From Thermomicrobiales bacterium (GTDB taxonomy: Bacteria > Chloroflexota > Chloroflexia > Thermomicrobiales > UBA6265): DNA of 64,000 nucleotides. Both the position numbers and the translations under genes were made by a program. This document shows, piece by piece, positions 19,204 to 29,273 of this stretch. Location: the NCBI GenBank assembly GCA_046328375.1, contig JAXLWT010000022.1:20804-84803 (forward strand), read 5' to 3'. The notes under the pieces were generated by a model. That model saw only the letters and a list, made by a program, of their open reading frames with translations, searched no databases and was not told the DNA's origin. The stretch's first letter is position 1. Each line of letters starts with the position of its first letter.

Positions 19204-20237
19204 GGCGTCGTGATCAGATCGGCGCGGCGGAGCTGCGCCAGATCTGCCATGCCGGCGGCAAACATGCTGACGCGCAGTTCCAGCAAGAGGGCACTGAGCA
19301 AGTCATGAGCCCCCGTTTCAGATTCTGCCGCGGCACGCAGGAGGGGCGCGGCAAAGCCAGCCAGGTCCGCCCCGAGCGCGATTGCCACCGCGGCGTCGAC
19401 ACCACTGCGCAGTCCGCCGCTGGCGATGAGCGGAATCTCTGGAAGGGAACGCCGTACCATTTGCACCGCCTCAGCGGTAGGGATACCCCAACCGACGAAT
19501 GCGCCGCTAACCCGGCGCAACAATTCGGTCGGTGCGCGGTGCCGTTCCACCTCGCTCCAGCTCGTACCGCCAGCGCCTCCAACATCAATTGCGGCGACAC
19601 CCGCGTCAACGAGCTGCCGGGCAACCGGCGCGGAAATCCCCCAGCCGACTTCCTTGACGACAACCGGGACATCCAACCCGGCACACAGATCAGCGATGCG
19701 TGAGAGCAGCCCTCGCCAGTCCGTGTTGCCCTGTGCTTGCAGGGCCTCCTGCAGGGGATTGAGATGGAGCACGAGTGCGTCTGCGCCGATCATCTCGACC
19801 GCGCGGCGTGCCTGCTTCAGCCCGTAGCCGGTGTTCAACTGGGCAGCACCGAAGTTAGCGAGCAGAAGGATGTCTGGAGCAACTTCCCGCACCGCGAAGA
19901 GGCTCTCCAGCTCTGGCTGCTCCAGGGCCACACGTTGTGACCCCACCCCCATGGCACACCCGAGCGCCTGGGCCGCGGCGGCCAGGCGGCGGTTGATTTC
20001 CGCGCCGCGTTCCACGCCGCCGGTCATGCCGGAGATCAGGATTGGCGCGGCCAGGCGCCGGCGCAGGAAGGTGACACTCGTTTCTATCGAAGCCAGGTCG
20101 AGTTCCGGCAGCGCGCAGTGCAGCAACCGGTAACGCTCCAACCCGGTGCTGCTCGCGGAAGCCACGGTTTCGCCCATGACGATCCGCAAGTGATCCTGCT
20201 TGCGCTGCGCGTGGTCGCTACCTGTGGGTAAAGACAT
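19197..20237 (-). CDS. fni: Type 2 (FMN-dependent) isopentenyl-diphosphate delta-isomerase
   Basis: QRKQDHLRI, MGVGSQR and VVVKEVGWGIS motifs. Start is ATG at 20237 or 20270. It overlaps the crtB start by 7 nt. Confidence 0.88.
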   Translation of the reverse strand: MSLPTGSDHAQRKQDHLRIVMGETVASASSTGLERYRLLHCALPELDLASIETSVTFLRRRLAAPILISGMTGGVERGAEINRRLAAAAQALGCAMGVGSQRVALEQPELESLFAVREVAPDILLLANFGAAQLNTGYGLKQARRAVEMIGADALVLHLNPLQEALQAQGNTDWRGLLSRIADLCAGLDVPVVVKEVGWGISAPVARQLVDAGVAAIDVGGAGGTSWSEVERHRAPTELLRRVSGAFVGWGIPTAEAVQMVRRSLPEIPLIASGGLRSGVDAAVAIALGADLAGFAAPLLRAAAESETGAHDLLSALLLELRVSMFAAGMADLAQLRRADLITTPC

Positions 20238-20350
20238 TGCGGGCTCCGGTCCGCTGGGATTGTGCAGCATCTTGCCGCTCTTTGGAGTACTGTAACCTGA
20301 ATCTCTAGTGGAGGTTTCGAACGGGTTTTTCGAGGTGTATTCTAAGCCAC

Positions 20351-21325
20351 ATGGAACACAGAAGCGATCGTTCGGAGATGAGCGGTACCGGTAGCGAGGA
20401 AACGCAGCCTGCTGCGCTCCTCCCCATCGGGCAGGTTGTCGCGCTGCTGCAGGCAGAATACCCGGATGTCTCCCACTCCAGCCTGCGCTTCCTGGAGCGA
20501 GAAGGATTGGTGACGCCGCACCGCACCCAGGGAGGTCACCGTCTCTTTACCCAGCACGATGTGGACCGAGTCCGCCAGATCAAGCGCTGGCAGGAACAGC
20601 GGCTCTCGCTGGAAGACATCCGGCAGCGTCTTGAGACGCGTGACACCAACCCGCTAGGTGAACTGGTGGAACGGCTCAGTCATGACCTCCTGAGTGGTCA
20701 GTTAGCCGCCGTGCCTGAATTGTTGCAGGCGGACGACCTGGGGGTGCCGCTGCCCGTGCTCTTCCAGGACGTCCTCCTGCGCGTGCAGGTCGAGGTTGGC
20801 CAGCGCTGGCAGCGCGGCGACCTCCGCGTCGGACAGGAGCACGAAATTACCGAGTTCGTGCGCGAAGCCATCGCGCAACTCTCCTGGCGCCACGCGGTCG
20901 TGCCGCACGGCCCCGCGATCCTGGCCGCCTGCGCGCCTGGAGAGCACCATGACCTGGGCCTGCGGATGGTCGTGGGCTTACTCCGCGCCCAGGGTCGCAA
21001 CGTGCATTTCCTGGGCTCGAATATCGATGTGCCACAGTTGCTCGAGGAAATCCGTGACCGCTTGCCAGCGGCTGTACTCCTTTCAGCGACGCTACCGGCG
21101 CGGTTCCCCGCCTTGCAGCACCTCCTGAAGGAACTCCGTGAAGATACGGCAACCCGGGAGATCCCGGTGGTCGTGGGAGGCGGTATCGTGCGCGTGATGG
21201 ACGCTGAACTCACCGGGCTTGGTGTAATTCCCATCAGGGCCGCTGATCTGATGTCCGTCGTGGACAGCATTGTGCAACTCAGCGAAGAGCAAGCCGCGGC
21301 TCGTGACACCCTGGTGATCGCGTAA
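20351..21325 (+). CDS. carH: MerR-family, B12-binding light-responsive regulator (CarH/LitR type)
   Basis: N-terminal MerR HTH: IGQVVALLQAEYPDVSHSSLRFLEREGLVTPHRTQGGHRLF. Also WQRGDLRVGQEH (W-x9-EH) and GEHHDLG (E-x-H-x-x-G) followed by a Rossmann-like B12-binding domain. Confidence 0.85.
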   Translation: MEHRSDRSEMSGTGSEETQPAALLPIGQVVALLQAEYPDVSHSSLRFLEREGLVTPHRTQGGHRLFTQHDVDRVRQIKRWQEQRLSLEDIRQRLETRDTNPLGELVERLSHDLLSGQLAAVPELLQADDLGVPLPVLFQDVLLRVQVEVGQRWQRGDLRVGQEHEITEFVREAIAQLSWRHAVVPHGPAILAACAPGEHHDLGLRMVVGLLRAQGRNVHFLGSNIDVPQLLEEIRDRLPAAVLLSATLPARFPALQHLLKELREDTATREIPVVVGGGIVRVMDAELTGLGVIPIRAADLMSVVDSIVQLSEEQAAARDTLVIA

Positions 21326-21343
21326 AGGAAAGGACGGACCCCG

Positions 21344-21865
21344 ATGGCGAGCACTCAACCAACGTTTGACCGTGGCCGCCCCAATGCGTTCCGCAAGTGG
21401 TTCTTCAAGTCCCCGGTCTCGATGTACAAGGGCCCTGTTGCCGACGTGATGAGCAAGCGCTGCGTGATGATGCTCACCACGATCGGGCGCAAGAGCGGGC
21501 TGCCCCGCACAAACGGCGTCAGCTACATGCCCGTGGGTGACAGCTACATCATCTTCGCCGGTTGGGGTGTCCAATCCGACTGGTACAAGAATCTGCTGGC
21601 CAACCCTGAAGTCACCATCCAGGTCGGCAGCAAGACGATCAAGGCGACCGCCAAACCCGTCGAAGACCCGGCACGCCGCCGGGAGCTCATGCTGCAGATG
21701 CGCAAGCGCTCCGGGCAGTGCGGTCCCCCGGAGCCCATGCGCAGCGTCCTGAAGGCCACGGGCGTCTTCGACTATGAAGGCGAGCTCGACATGGCCGTGG
21801 AGCAGGCCGGCAAACTGCCGGTCGTTGAAATCACGCCAATCAGTGGGGCGACCCGCCCGCGGTAA
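21344..21865 (+). CDS. Deazaflavin (F420H2)-dependent nitroreductase family protein (DDN/PNPOx-like)
   Basis: 173 aa. LTTIGRKSGLPRTNGVSYMPVGDSYIIFAGWGVQSDWYKNLLANPEVTIQVG. Confidence 0.8.
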   Translation: MASTQPTFDRGRPNAFRKWFFKSPVSMYKGPVADVMSKRCVMMLTTIGRKSGLPRTNGVSYMPVGDSYIIFAGWGVQSDWYKNLLANPEVTIQVGSKTIKATAKPVEDPARRRELMLQMRKRSGQCGPPEPMRSVLKATGVFDYEGELDMAVEQAGKLPVVEITPISGATRPR

Positions 21866-21955
21866 GCCCTAACCCCGGGCGCTCCGAGGCCAGGACCACC
21901 GTTCATCAGGGATGGGCGATCGGTTTCGGGTATCCCGTAACCGATCGCCTGCATT

Positions 21956-23509
21956 TCAGCGAGGCAACGTCGCCAGCAGGTCACGCGCCACCTTCTCCGC
22001 GACCATGAACGTAGGCACGTTGGTGTTCGCCAGGGTCACGAACGGCATGATCGAGGCGTCCGCGATCATCAGCCCCTGCAAGCCATGCACGTTCCCCGAG
22101 GCATCGACGACCGCCATCGGATCATCGGCGGGCCCCATGCGGCAGGTACTTGTCGGGTGGTAGTCGTGGGTGGCGTTCGTCAGTAACCAGTCCTTGATTT
22201 CGTCACGAGTCTGCACATCCGGCCCCGGCACCTTCTCGCGCACCAGCACCGCGGCCAGGGCCGGCTGCGCGCCCAATTGACGTGCCAGTTCCAGCGATTC
22301 CGCCAGCACATCCAGGTCGTATTCGCCAATGTCAGACAGGTAGTTAGTGTCGATCACGGGCGCGGCCTCCGGATCCGTCGGGCGCTCGGGATTGAGCCCG
22401 ATCGAACCACGCGAGCGCGGCGCCATCACGGCGGAAGCAATGGCGAAGCGCCACGATTCACCGTCGTGTGGCCGCGGGGCAACCGGGTAGATGTGAATGT
22501 CATAGGGTCCTTCGCAGCGGCTGGAACTGACCAGGCCAGTCGTTCCCTCCTCCCGGGCCAATCCACCCGCTGCCAGGAACGCCTCCATTTCAGCCACCAT
22601 CTCCGGGCTGGCCTCGTAGGTCACGGCGGTCGCCGGGTGATCGTGCAGGTTCTGGCCAACGCCGGCCAGTTCATGCTGCAGCGGGATACCCCAGCCAGCC
22701 AATGCGCCGGCCGGGCCAATGCCGGAGCGCTGCAGAATCAGCGGCGTGCCGTAGGCTCCGCCCGCGAGGATGATCCGGTCAGCGTGAATCTCCGCCGGGC
22801 CCTCCGGGCTGATGACCGCCACGCCGACGGCGCGCTTCCCCTCCAGCAGCACCCGGTCCACCAGTGTGTCGGGCAGGAGACGGAAGTTCGGCGCCTCGCG
22901 AATTGGGTCGAGGTAGGCAAAGCTCGCGTTCCAGCGGATGCGCGTGTCTGGGTCGATGTTGACCGGGTGAATTGAGAATCCGAACTCGGGATCGAGACTG
23001 CAGAGGGTGGGGAGCACGGGATAGCCGGCCTGCTGCACGGCCTCCACCACGTGCGTGTGATACGGCGTGACCCAGTCCGGCGGGGGCACGTGCACCCGCA
23101 TTTTCTCATCCACGATCCGGAAGAGGGGTTCCACCTCCTCTGCGCTCCAGCCTGGGTTCTCCACGGCCCAGGTGTCGTAATCGGAGCGGTGGCCCCACAG
23201 CGCCGCGGCGCCGTTGTGTGAGGAGCAGCCACCAATCACCCGCGCACGCTGGAGATGATGGTCCGGCATGCCGTGCTGTGCCGCCGAAAGGTAGTTCCAG
23301 GAGTCTTCGTCGACCGGCATGCGGGTCGGGTCGAGCAGTGTCGCTGGCCAGTCCGGCGAGCCGAAAGGCCCGTAATCCGGTCCAGCCTCGATCAGGAGGA
23401 CATCCTCGCCCGCCTCCACCAACCGGGCCGCCAGCACCGCGCCAGCGGGCCCCGAGCCCACAACAATCGTGCCCACGTTGCCGTCCACACGTACCTCCCG
23501 CAATGCCAA
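21956..23509 (-). CDS. GMC family FAD-dependent oxidoreductase
   Basis: 517 aa. IVVGSGPAGAVLAARL dinucleotide fold and the C-terminal GMC signature region. Confidence 0.85.
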   Translation of the reverse strand: MALREVRVDGNVGTIVVGSGPAGAVLAARLVEAGEDVLLIEAGPDYGPFGSPDWPATLLDPTRMPVDEDSWNYLSAAQHGMPDHHLQRARVIGGCSSHNGAAALWGHRSDYDTWAVENPGWSAEEVEPLFRIVDEKMRVHVPPPDWVTPYHTHVVEAVQQAGYPVLPTLCSLDPEFGFSIHPVNIDPDTRIRWNASFAYLDPIREAPNFRLLPDTLVDRVLLEGKRAVGVAVISPEGPAEIHADRIILAGGAYGTPLILQRSGIGPAGALAGWGIPLQHELAGVGQNLHDHPATAVTYEASPEMVAEMEAFLAAGGLAREEGTTGLVSSSRCEGPYDIHIYPVAPRPHDGESWRFAIASAVMAPRSRGSIGLNPERPTDPEAAPVIDTNYLSDIGEYDLDVLAESLELARQLGAQPALAAVLVREKVPGPDVQTRDEIKDWLLTNATHDYHPTSTCRMGPADDPMAVVDASGNVHGLQGLMIADASIMPFVTLANTNVPTFMVAEKVARDLLATLPR

Positions 23510-23685
23510 ATCTGCGCAGGATCATACGGCAGCGCCGCCAGGCGTGAACTACCCGTGCGGGCGGGAACTGGCCACAACCCCGGCTACGCCTGGGAGCACC
23601 GGGATGCCAGGCCCAGAGCCAGGCGCCGGGGTTGGCTACCATGTTCACCTCATTGCCCAGCGGAACCATGCAGGAAAGGGCGAGC

Positions 23686-24753
23686 ATGTCCTTCGGTGAA
23701 CCGGGAACGTTTGTGGCGGCGGTGGTACAGGATGGCTCGGTCTTCCTCGACCGGGACGCAAGCGTGCGCAAGACGATCGCGCTGGCGCGTCAGGCTGCCG
23801 CGTCGGGGGCCCGCCTTGTGCTCTTCCCGGAGGCATTCATTGCCGGCTACCCACGCGGCCTGAGTTTCGGCGCCATTGTCGGGAGCCGCAGCGGCGAGGG
23901 GCGCAAGCTCTACCGGCGGTACGTGGAAAGCGCGATCACCATTCCCGGACCTGAGGCCTCACTGCTGGCGGCAACGGCCGCCGATCTGGGCATCTACCTC
24001 GCGGTCGGCGTGATTGAGCGCGATCAGCGCGCTACCAGTACCGTCTACTGCACCCTGGCGCTCTGGGGACCCGACGGAACGCTGCTCAATGTGCACCGCA
24101 AGATCAAGCCAACCGCCAGTGAGCGCCTGATCTGGGGCGAGGGGGACGGCTCCGGCCTCCGCACGGTGCCGACCGAGATTGGCCACATCGGCGGTCTGAT
24201 CTGCTGGGAGAACTACATGCCCCTGGCGCGCAGCGCGCTCTACGCTCAAGGCGTCGAGATCTACCTGGCGCCAACGGCAGACGGCCGGGAGACGTGGCAA
24301 TCCACCATTCGCCACGTGGCCATGGAGGGACGGTGCTTCGTCCTGGCCTGCAACCAGTACATGACAAAGGCGGAGTATCCATCTGACCTGGACGAGGCCT
24401 CGCTGCGAGAAGTGGCAGCCCTGCCGGACCCCATGACGCGCGGCGGCAGCGCGATTGTCGGGCCACTAGGTGAGTACCTGGCGGGGCCACTCTGGGATGA
24501 ACGAGGCATTCTCTTCGCGGAGATCGACCCAGGCGCGGTCGCCGAGGCCCGCTTCGACTTCGATGCCTGCGGGCACTATAGCCGTCCCGACCTGCTGCAA
24601 CTCCAGCACCGGACGCCGCGTCATTCAATCAGACCGGCCCTCATGTCGGTGAATGAGGTCTGGCGCGAGGTCCTGGATGGCTCGCAGGCGCGAACAGACA
24701 CTGAGCTGGAAGCGAATTGGACAGCCCAATTGGGTCCAGGCAGCACAGAGTAG
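23686..24753 (+). CDS. Nitrilase/cyanide hydratase family enzyme
   Basis: ATG at 23686 gives MSFGEPGTFVAAVVQ... Glu-Lys-Cys triad context: LVLFPEAFIAGYP, HRKIKPT, LICWENYMPL. Confidence 0.85.
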   Translation: MSFGEPGTFVAAVVQDGSVFLDRDASVRKTIALARQAAASGARLVLFPEAFIAGYPRGLSFGAIVGSRSGEGRKLYRRYVESAITIPGPEASLLAATAADLGIYLAVGVIERDQRATSTVYCTLALWGPDGTLLNVHRKIKPTASERLIWGEGDGSGLRTVPTEIGHIGGLICWENYMPLARSALYAQGVEIYLAPTADGRETWQSTIRHVAMEGRCFVLACNQYMTKAEYPSDLDEASLREVAALPDPMTRGGSAIVGPLGEYLAGPLWDERGILFAEIDPGAVAEARFDFDACGHYSRPDLLQLQHRTPRHSIRPALMSVNEVWREVLDGSQARTDTELEANWTAQLGPGSTE

Positions 24754-24947
24754 GCAATACGCGGCCAAACTCCCTGGCTCACGTCAAGGGAGCGGCGATC
24801 AGGCGCGCTTGAGACCTGCCGTGGCTGGTGTTCCAGGTGGTGAACACTCAGTCACGCTGATCGACTCTTGCTGATTCCCTGATGTGGCGATAGCATCCCG
24901 TGCACGAACAATTGCGCAAACGAGAGGAGCCCAGAGTGGTGCGTGCA

Positions 24948-26264
24948 ATGCGGACGCTGCCGGGGCAGCGGGTCGATCGTCGTGGACTGCTACGCCGTGC
25001 CGGTGCTTTTGGCGCAGGGCTCGCTGCCGCGCGCTACGCGCCAGGCATCTGGACCCCTGGGGCGTCCGCCGCGACATCACTGAACGTCCTCTCACCGCTG
25101 GCGCCAGATCCGGCCCCGCCGGGTGTCGCCCAGTTCTCACTGGACGATTTCGCGGCCTGGCAGCAGGCGCACGACGCCACGGTCACGTACGAAGCTGTCG
25201 CGTGGCCGCAACTCCACGACAAGATGGCGACCAACTTCGCCTCCGGCACGCACGTGCACGACGTGATGTACAACTGCGGCTGGGTGCCCGAGTTCGCGTC
25301 CTTCCTGACGCCGCTGCAGGATTCCCTGCCGAAGGATCTCGTGGACGACCTGCCACCCTCTTCTTTCTCCACCGTCACCTGGGACGGCAATACCCTCGGC
25401 GTCGTCTTCTCCCTCTCGCTCCTGACGCTCTTCTACAACACCGCCCACCTTGAAGAGGCGGGACTCTCCGGCCCGCCCACGACCTGGGATGAGCTGAAGG
25501 GGTACGCCCAGGAACTGACGAAGGACGGGCGCTACGGCTGGGTGCTGAACTATGGCGCGCCGGAAGGGATCGGCGGCGCGGCCTCCTACTGGATGGTCTT
25601 CCTGCAGCAGGCCGGCGGCACGATGTATGGCGACGACGGGATGCCGGTCTTCAACGATGCGCCTGGCCTGGACGCGTTGAAGCTGATGGTGGAGATGTTC
25701 ACGAACGGCTCAACCGATCCCGGTTCCATTTCCTACACCGGGATCAACGATGCCACCAACGTCTTCACCGCTGGCAACGCCTCGATGATGATGAACTGGC
25801 CATTCATGTGGAAGCCAGCCAGCGATCCCGCCACTTCGAAGATCGTGGGGCAACTCGGCTCAGCGATCCTGCCGGCCGGCGAGGCCGGGACGGCGTCCAT
25901 CGACGGCACAGACGCGTGGACCGTCGCCAAGTCGACCGCCGCGCCGGAGTTGGCCGTCGAGTTGATCCAGTTCTATCTCGACCCGGTGGTGCAGACACGC
26001 CAGGTGCTCGACACCGGCTGGCTGCCGATCCGGCTGTCGGTCCTGGAAGATCCCGAGGTGCAAAAGGGCGCACCGAACGCCGCGGTCGTCCTGGAGCAAG
26101 CCAAGCACCCGTACGACTCGTTCGTTACGCCTGACTACAACCAGGTCACGGTGGCGATCGGCACCGAGATCCAGAAGGCACTCCAGGGATCCAAGTCGCC
26201 GGAGGATGCGTTGAAGGATGCCTCGGATCAGGTCACCGAGATCGTGAAGGCGCGGGCCAGCTAG
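24948..26264 (+). CDS. Sugar ABC transporter substrate-binding protein (family 1) with Tat-like signal
   Basis: MRTLPGQRVDRRGLLRRAGAFGAGLAAA..., SBP_bac_1-like body. The ORF track starts at GTG 24900. Confidence 0.85.
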   Translation: MRTLPGQRVDRRGLLRRAGAFGAGLAAARYAPGIWTPGASAATSLNVLSPLAPDPAPPGVAQFSLDDFAAWQQAHDATVTYEAVAWPQLHDKMATNFASGTHVHDVMYNCGWVPEFASFLTPLQDSLPKDLVDDLPPSSFSTVTWDGNTLGVVFSLSLLTLFYNTAHLEEAGLSGPPTTWDELKGYAQELTKDGRYGWVLNYGAPEGIGGAASYWMVFLQQAGGTMYGDDGMPVFNDAPGLDALKLMVEMFTNGSTDPGSISYTGINDATNVFTAGNASMMMNWPFMWKPASDPATSKIVGQLGSAILPAGEAGTASIDGTDAWTVAKSTAAPELAVELIQFYLDPVVQTRQVLDTGWLPIRLSVLEDPEVQKGAPNAAVVLEQAKHPYDSFVTPDYNQVTVAIGTEIQKALQGSKSPEDALKDASDQVTEIVKARAS

Positions 26265-26282
26265 ACGATCTGACAAGCGCCC

Positions 26283-27242
26283 GTGGCAACGCTCACAACA
26301 TCCCCCCGCCCTCCACTTCCAACGCAGGGCGGGGGCAACCTGGAGCAGCGACGGCGACGTGCCGGGCTGGTGCTGGTTGCCCCAGCGTTGATCATGCTGG
26401 TGGCGGTGATCGGCTACCCAATCGTGCGCTCGGTCCTCCTCTCGTTCCAGGACGCCAAGCTCTCCGCGGGCGCGATTGGCTCAGCGTGGATCGGACTGGA
26501 GAACTACCAGAAACTGCCGGGCGACGAGGCGTTCGGCATAGCCCTGCGTAACTCGGCGTTCTTCACGGCCTGCGAAGTCATCCTGGTGGTGGGGATCGCC
26601 CTGGTTACAGCGATGTTGCTCAACACACCACAGGGGCGGAAGCCGTTTTTCACGACCATCTTGCTCATCCCGTGGGTGATCGCGCCGGTCGCAAACGCGG
26701 TCCTCTGGAAGTGGATCCTGCACGCCAACTACGGCGTGCTGAACGCCATTGTGGTGGGACTCGGCATCTCCGAGCGCCCCGTCAACTGGCTGGGCACGCC
26801 GGAGACCGCGCTGCGGATGCTGCTACTGGCGGATGTCTGGAAATCAATTCCGTTCATCGCGTTACTGCTGCTGGCCGGCCTGCAAAACATCCCGAACTAC
26901 CTGTACAAGGCTGCGCGGCTGGATGGCGCGACCGCGTGGCAACAGTTCCGCTTCGTGACGCTGCCGGGCCTGCGCACGCCCCTGGCGCTGGCGGTGATCC
27001 TGCAGACGATCTGGAGCTTCAAGGTTTTCGATCTCATTTTCGTCCTGACCAAGGCCGGCCCGGCCGATGGCACACTGCTCCTGAACTTCCTGGCCTACCG
27101 TGTCTCGTTCAACTTCCTCGATTTCGGGTATGGCGCAGCTATTGCCAACGTCATTTTCCTGATCATGTTCGTCCTGGCCCTTGTCTTCATCAAGTTGCTG
27201 AAGCCGGGCGCGCCGCGCTCACGGGTGCAGGCTCTTGGTTGA
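26283..27242 (+). CDS. Sugar ABC transporter permease (CUT1)
   Basis: 319 aa, six-TM MalF/UgpA-like, with EAA-loop region AARLDGATAWQQFRFVTLPGL. Confidence 0.88.
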   Translation: MATLTTSPRPPLPTQGGGNLEQRRRRAGLVLVAPALIMLVAVIGYPIVRSVLLSFQDAKLSAGAIGSAWIGLENYQKLPGDEAFGIALRNSAFFTACEVILVVGIALVTAMLLNTPQGRKPFFTTILLIPWVIAPVANAVLWKWILHANYGVLNAIVVGLGISERPVNWLGTPETALRMLLLADVWKSIPFIALLLLAGLQNIPNYLYKAARLDGATAWQQFRFVTLPGLRTPLALAVILQTIWSFKVFDLIFVLTKAGPADGTLLLNFLAYRVSFNFLDFGYGAAIANVIFLIMFVLALVFIKLLKPGAPRSRVQALG

Positions 27243-28140
27243 GGTGAGCACCACAACGCCTGGCAGCCTGAGGCACCCGACCCTGACCACGAAGAGCGGG
27301 ACCCGGCGCCGCCTGGAGATACTCCTGAGCGACCTTGGCGTGCGGGTTGGCCTGGTCATTTTCGTCGTCTGGACGCTGGCGCCCGTCGCCTGGATGGTGA
27401 TCTCGTCCCTGCTCACGCCGGTCGCGCTGACCAGCCTGCCGCCCGATCTCTCGCCGGGACAATTCACCTGGTTGAACTACCAGGGCGTGTTGGCGACCGG
27501 CCAGAGCCTGCTGCCAGCGATGCGCAACTCGCTGATCGTCTCGGCGTTCACCACCAGCATCGCGCTGGCGCTCGGGTCCGCGGCGGCCTACGCCATCGCG
27601 CGACTGGAGACACCAGGCGGAAACCGGCTGGCCGTGATGGTGCTCGCGACCCAGATGTTTCCCGGCATCGTGATCATCATCCCGCTCTTCATCCTGCTTT
27701 CGCGCCTGGGGCTGATCGACACCTACGCCGGCCTGGTGCTGGTCTACCTGAGCTTCGTGCTGCCGATCGTGATCTGGGTGATGAAGGGGTTCTTCGAGGC
27801 GATCCCGCACGACCTGGAGCGAGCCGCCGCGATCGATGGCGCGACGACCTGGCAAACTTTCACCCGCGTCGTCCTGCCCATCTCGCTGCCGCCCCTCTTT
27901 GCCGCGGGCATCTTCGCGTTCATCGAGAGCTGGAACGAGTTCATGTTCGCCATCGTGCTCACGCGCCTGCACACGAAGACCGCCCCTATCGCCATTTCCG
28001 AGTTCGCCGGCCAGTACCAGACGGCCGTGGGCCAGATGGTGGCAGCCGCCACGCTGGCCAGCGTGCCGATCATCGCGCTGGCGCTGGTCTTCCGGGGCTA
28101 TATCCTCAAGGGTTTCGCCGAAGGGGCGATCAAGGGTTAG
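27235..28140 (+). CDS. Sugar ABC transporter permease (CUT1)
   Basis: 301 aa MalG/UgpE-like, with ERAAAIDGATTWQTFTRVVLP. Confidence 0.88.
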   Translation: MVEVSTTTPGSLRHPTLTTKSGTRRRLEILLSDLGVRVGLVIFVVWTLAPVAWMVISSLLTPVALTSLPPDLSPGQFTWLNYQGVLATGQSLLPAMRNSLIVSAFTTSIALALGSAAAYAIARLETPGGNRLAVMVLATQMFPGIVIIIPLFILLSRLGLIDTYAGLVLVYLSFVLPIVIWVMKGFFEAIPHDLERAAAIDGATTWQTFTRVVLPISLPPLFAAGIFAFIESWNEFMFAIVLTRLHTKTAPIAISEFAGQYQTAVGQMVAAATLASVPIIALALVFRGYILKGFAEGAIKG

Positions 28141-28148
28141 GGAACACT

Positions 28149-29225
28149 GTGTCCGATGTCACGCTCGTCGATATCACCAAACGCTACGGTAACGTCGAAG
28201 CCTGCCGTGGTGTGAACCTGCATGTCGCAGACGGCGAGTTCGTGACCCTGCTGGGACCCTCTGGCTGCGGCAAGTCGACCACGCTGAACATGATTGCTGG
28301 CCTGGAGAGCGTGACCGCGGGCGACATCCTGATCGATGGCACACGCGTAAACGATTTCACGCCGTTTGAGCGCGACGTCGCGATGGTCTTCCAGCAGTAC
28401 GCGCTCTACCCGCACATGACCGTGGCGGAGAACATCGGTTTCCCCCTGCGCCTTCACAAGCGCTCCCGGGCAGAAACCGCGGGGCGCGTGCAGCAGGTTG
28501 CGGAATTGCTGGAACTGACCCCGCTTTTGAACCGCCTGCCGCGCGAGCTTTCCGGTGGCCAGCAACAACGCGTGGCGCTGGGCCGGGCCATCATCCGGGA
28601 GCCGCGCATCTTCCTTTTCGACGAGCCCTTCTCCAACCTGGACGCGGCGCTGCGCCTGCGCATGCGGACGGAGATCAAGCTGCTCCACGCGCGCCTGGGG
28701 GTCACCTCCATTTTCGTGACCCACGACCAGGAGGAGGCACTCTCCATCTCGGACCGCATCGCGGTCATGCGGCAGGGCATTGTGGAGCAATACGGGACTC
28801 CTGCGGAAATCTACGCCGCCCCCGCAAGCACGTACGTGGCGCGGTTTATTGGGTCACCTCCGATGGACATCCTCTCCGGGAGCCTGGAACGACGTGACGG
28901 ATCGCTTCACTACGTCGTTGGCGACGCCGCGTTCCCCATCCCTGAGGCGGCGCCTGGGAACCTCGATCCTTCAGCTACCGTCGATCTCGGCATCCGCTCC
29001 GAGTACGTGCACCTGACCGCTCCAGCGGAGGGCGTGACCGCCACCGTCCAGGTGGTGCAGCCAGTCGGTCCATCGACCGTCGTAACAACTTCCTGGCGTG
29101 GCGGAGCACTCACGGCGCGCGCGCCAGGTATGGCGGAGATCCAACCAGGCACCCAGGTCGGCCTGCGCCTGGACCCAACCCGCCTCCTCTTCTTTGATCG
29201 GGCAACGGGACGCCGCCTCGGCTAG
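28149..29225 (+). CDS. Sugar ABC transporter ATP-binding protein (MalK/UgpC/MsiK type)
   Basis: 358 aa. GPSGCGKST, LSGGQQQRVALGRA, FLFDEPFSNLD and a C-terminal TOBE-like domain. Confidence 0.9.
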   Translation: MSDVTLVDITKRYGNVEACRGVNLHVADGEFVTLLGPSGCGKSTTLNMIAGLESVTAGDILIDGTRVNDFTPFERDVAMVFQQYALYPHMTVAENIGFPLRLHKRSRAETAGRVQQVAELLELTPLLNRLPRELSGGQQQRVALGRAIIREPRIFLFDEPFSNLDAALRLRMRTEIKLLHARLGVTSIFVTHDQEEALSISDRIAVMRQGIVEQYGTPAEIYAAPASTYVARFIGSPPMDILSGSLERRDGSLHYVVGDAAFPIPEAAPGNLDPSATVDLGIRSEYVHLTAPAEGVTATVQVVQPVGPSTVVTTSWRGGALTARAPGMAEIQPGTQVGLRLDPTRLLFFDRATGRRLG

Positions 29226-29273
29226 CGCTGGTTCGGACTCGCGTCTACCGCCTTCCCTGGTAATGGCCACACG

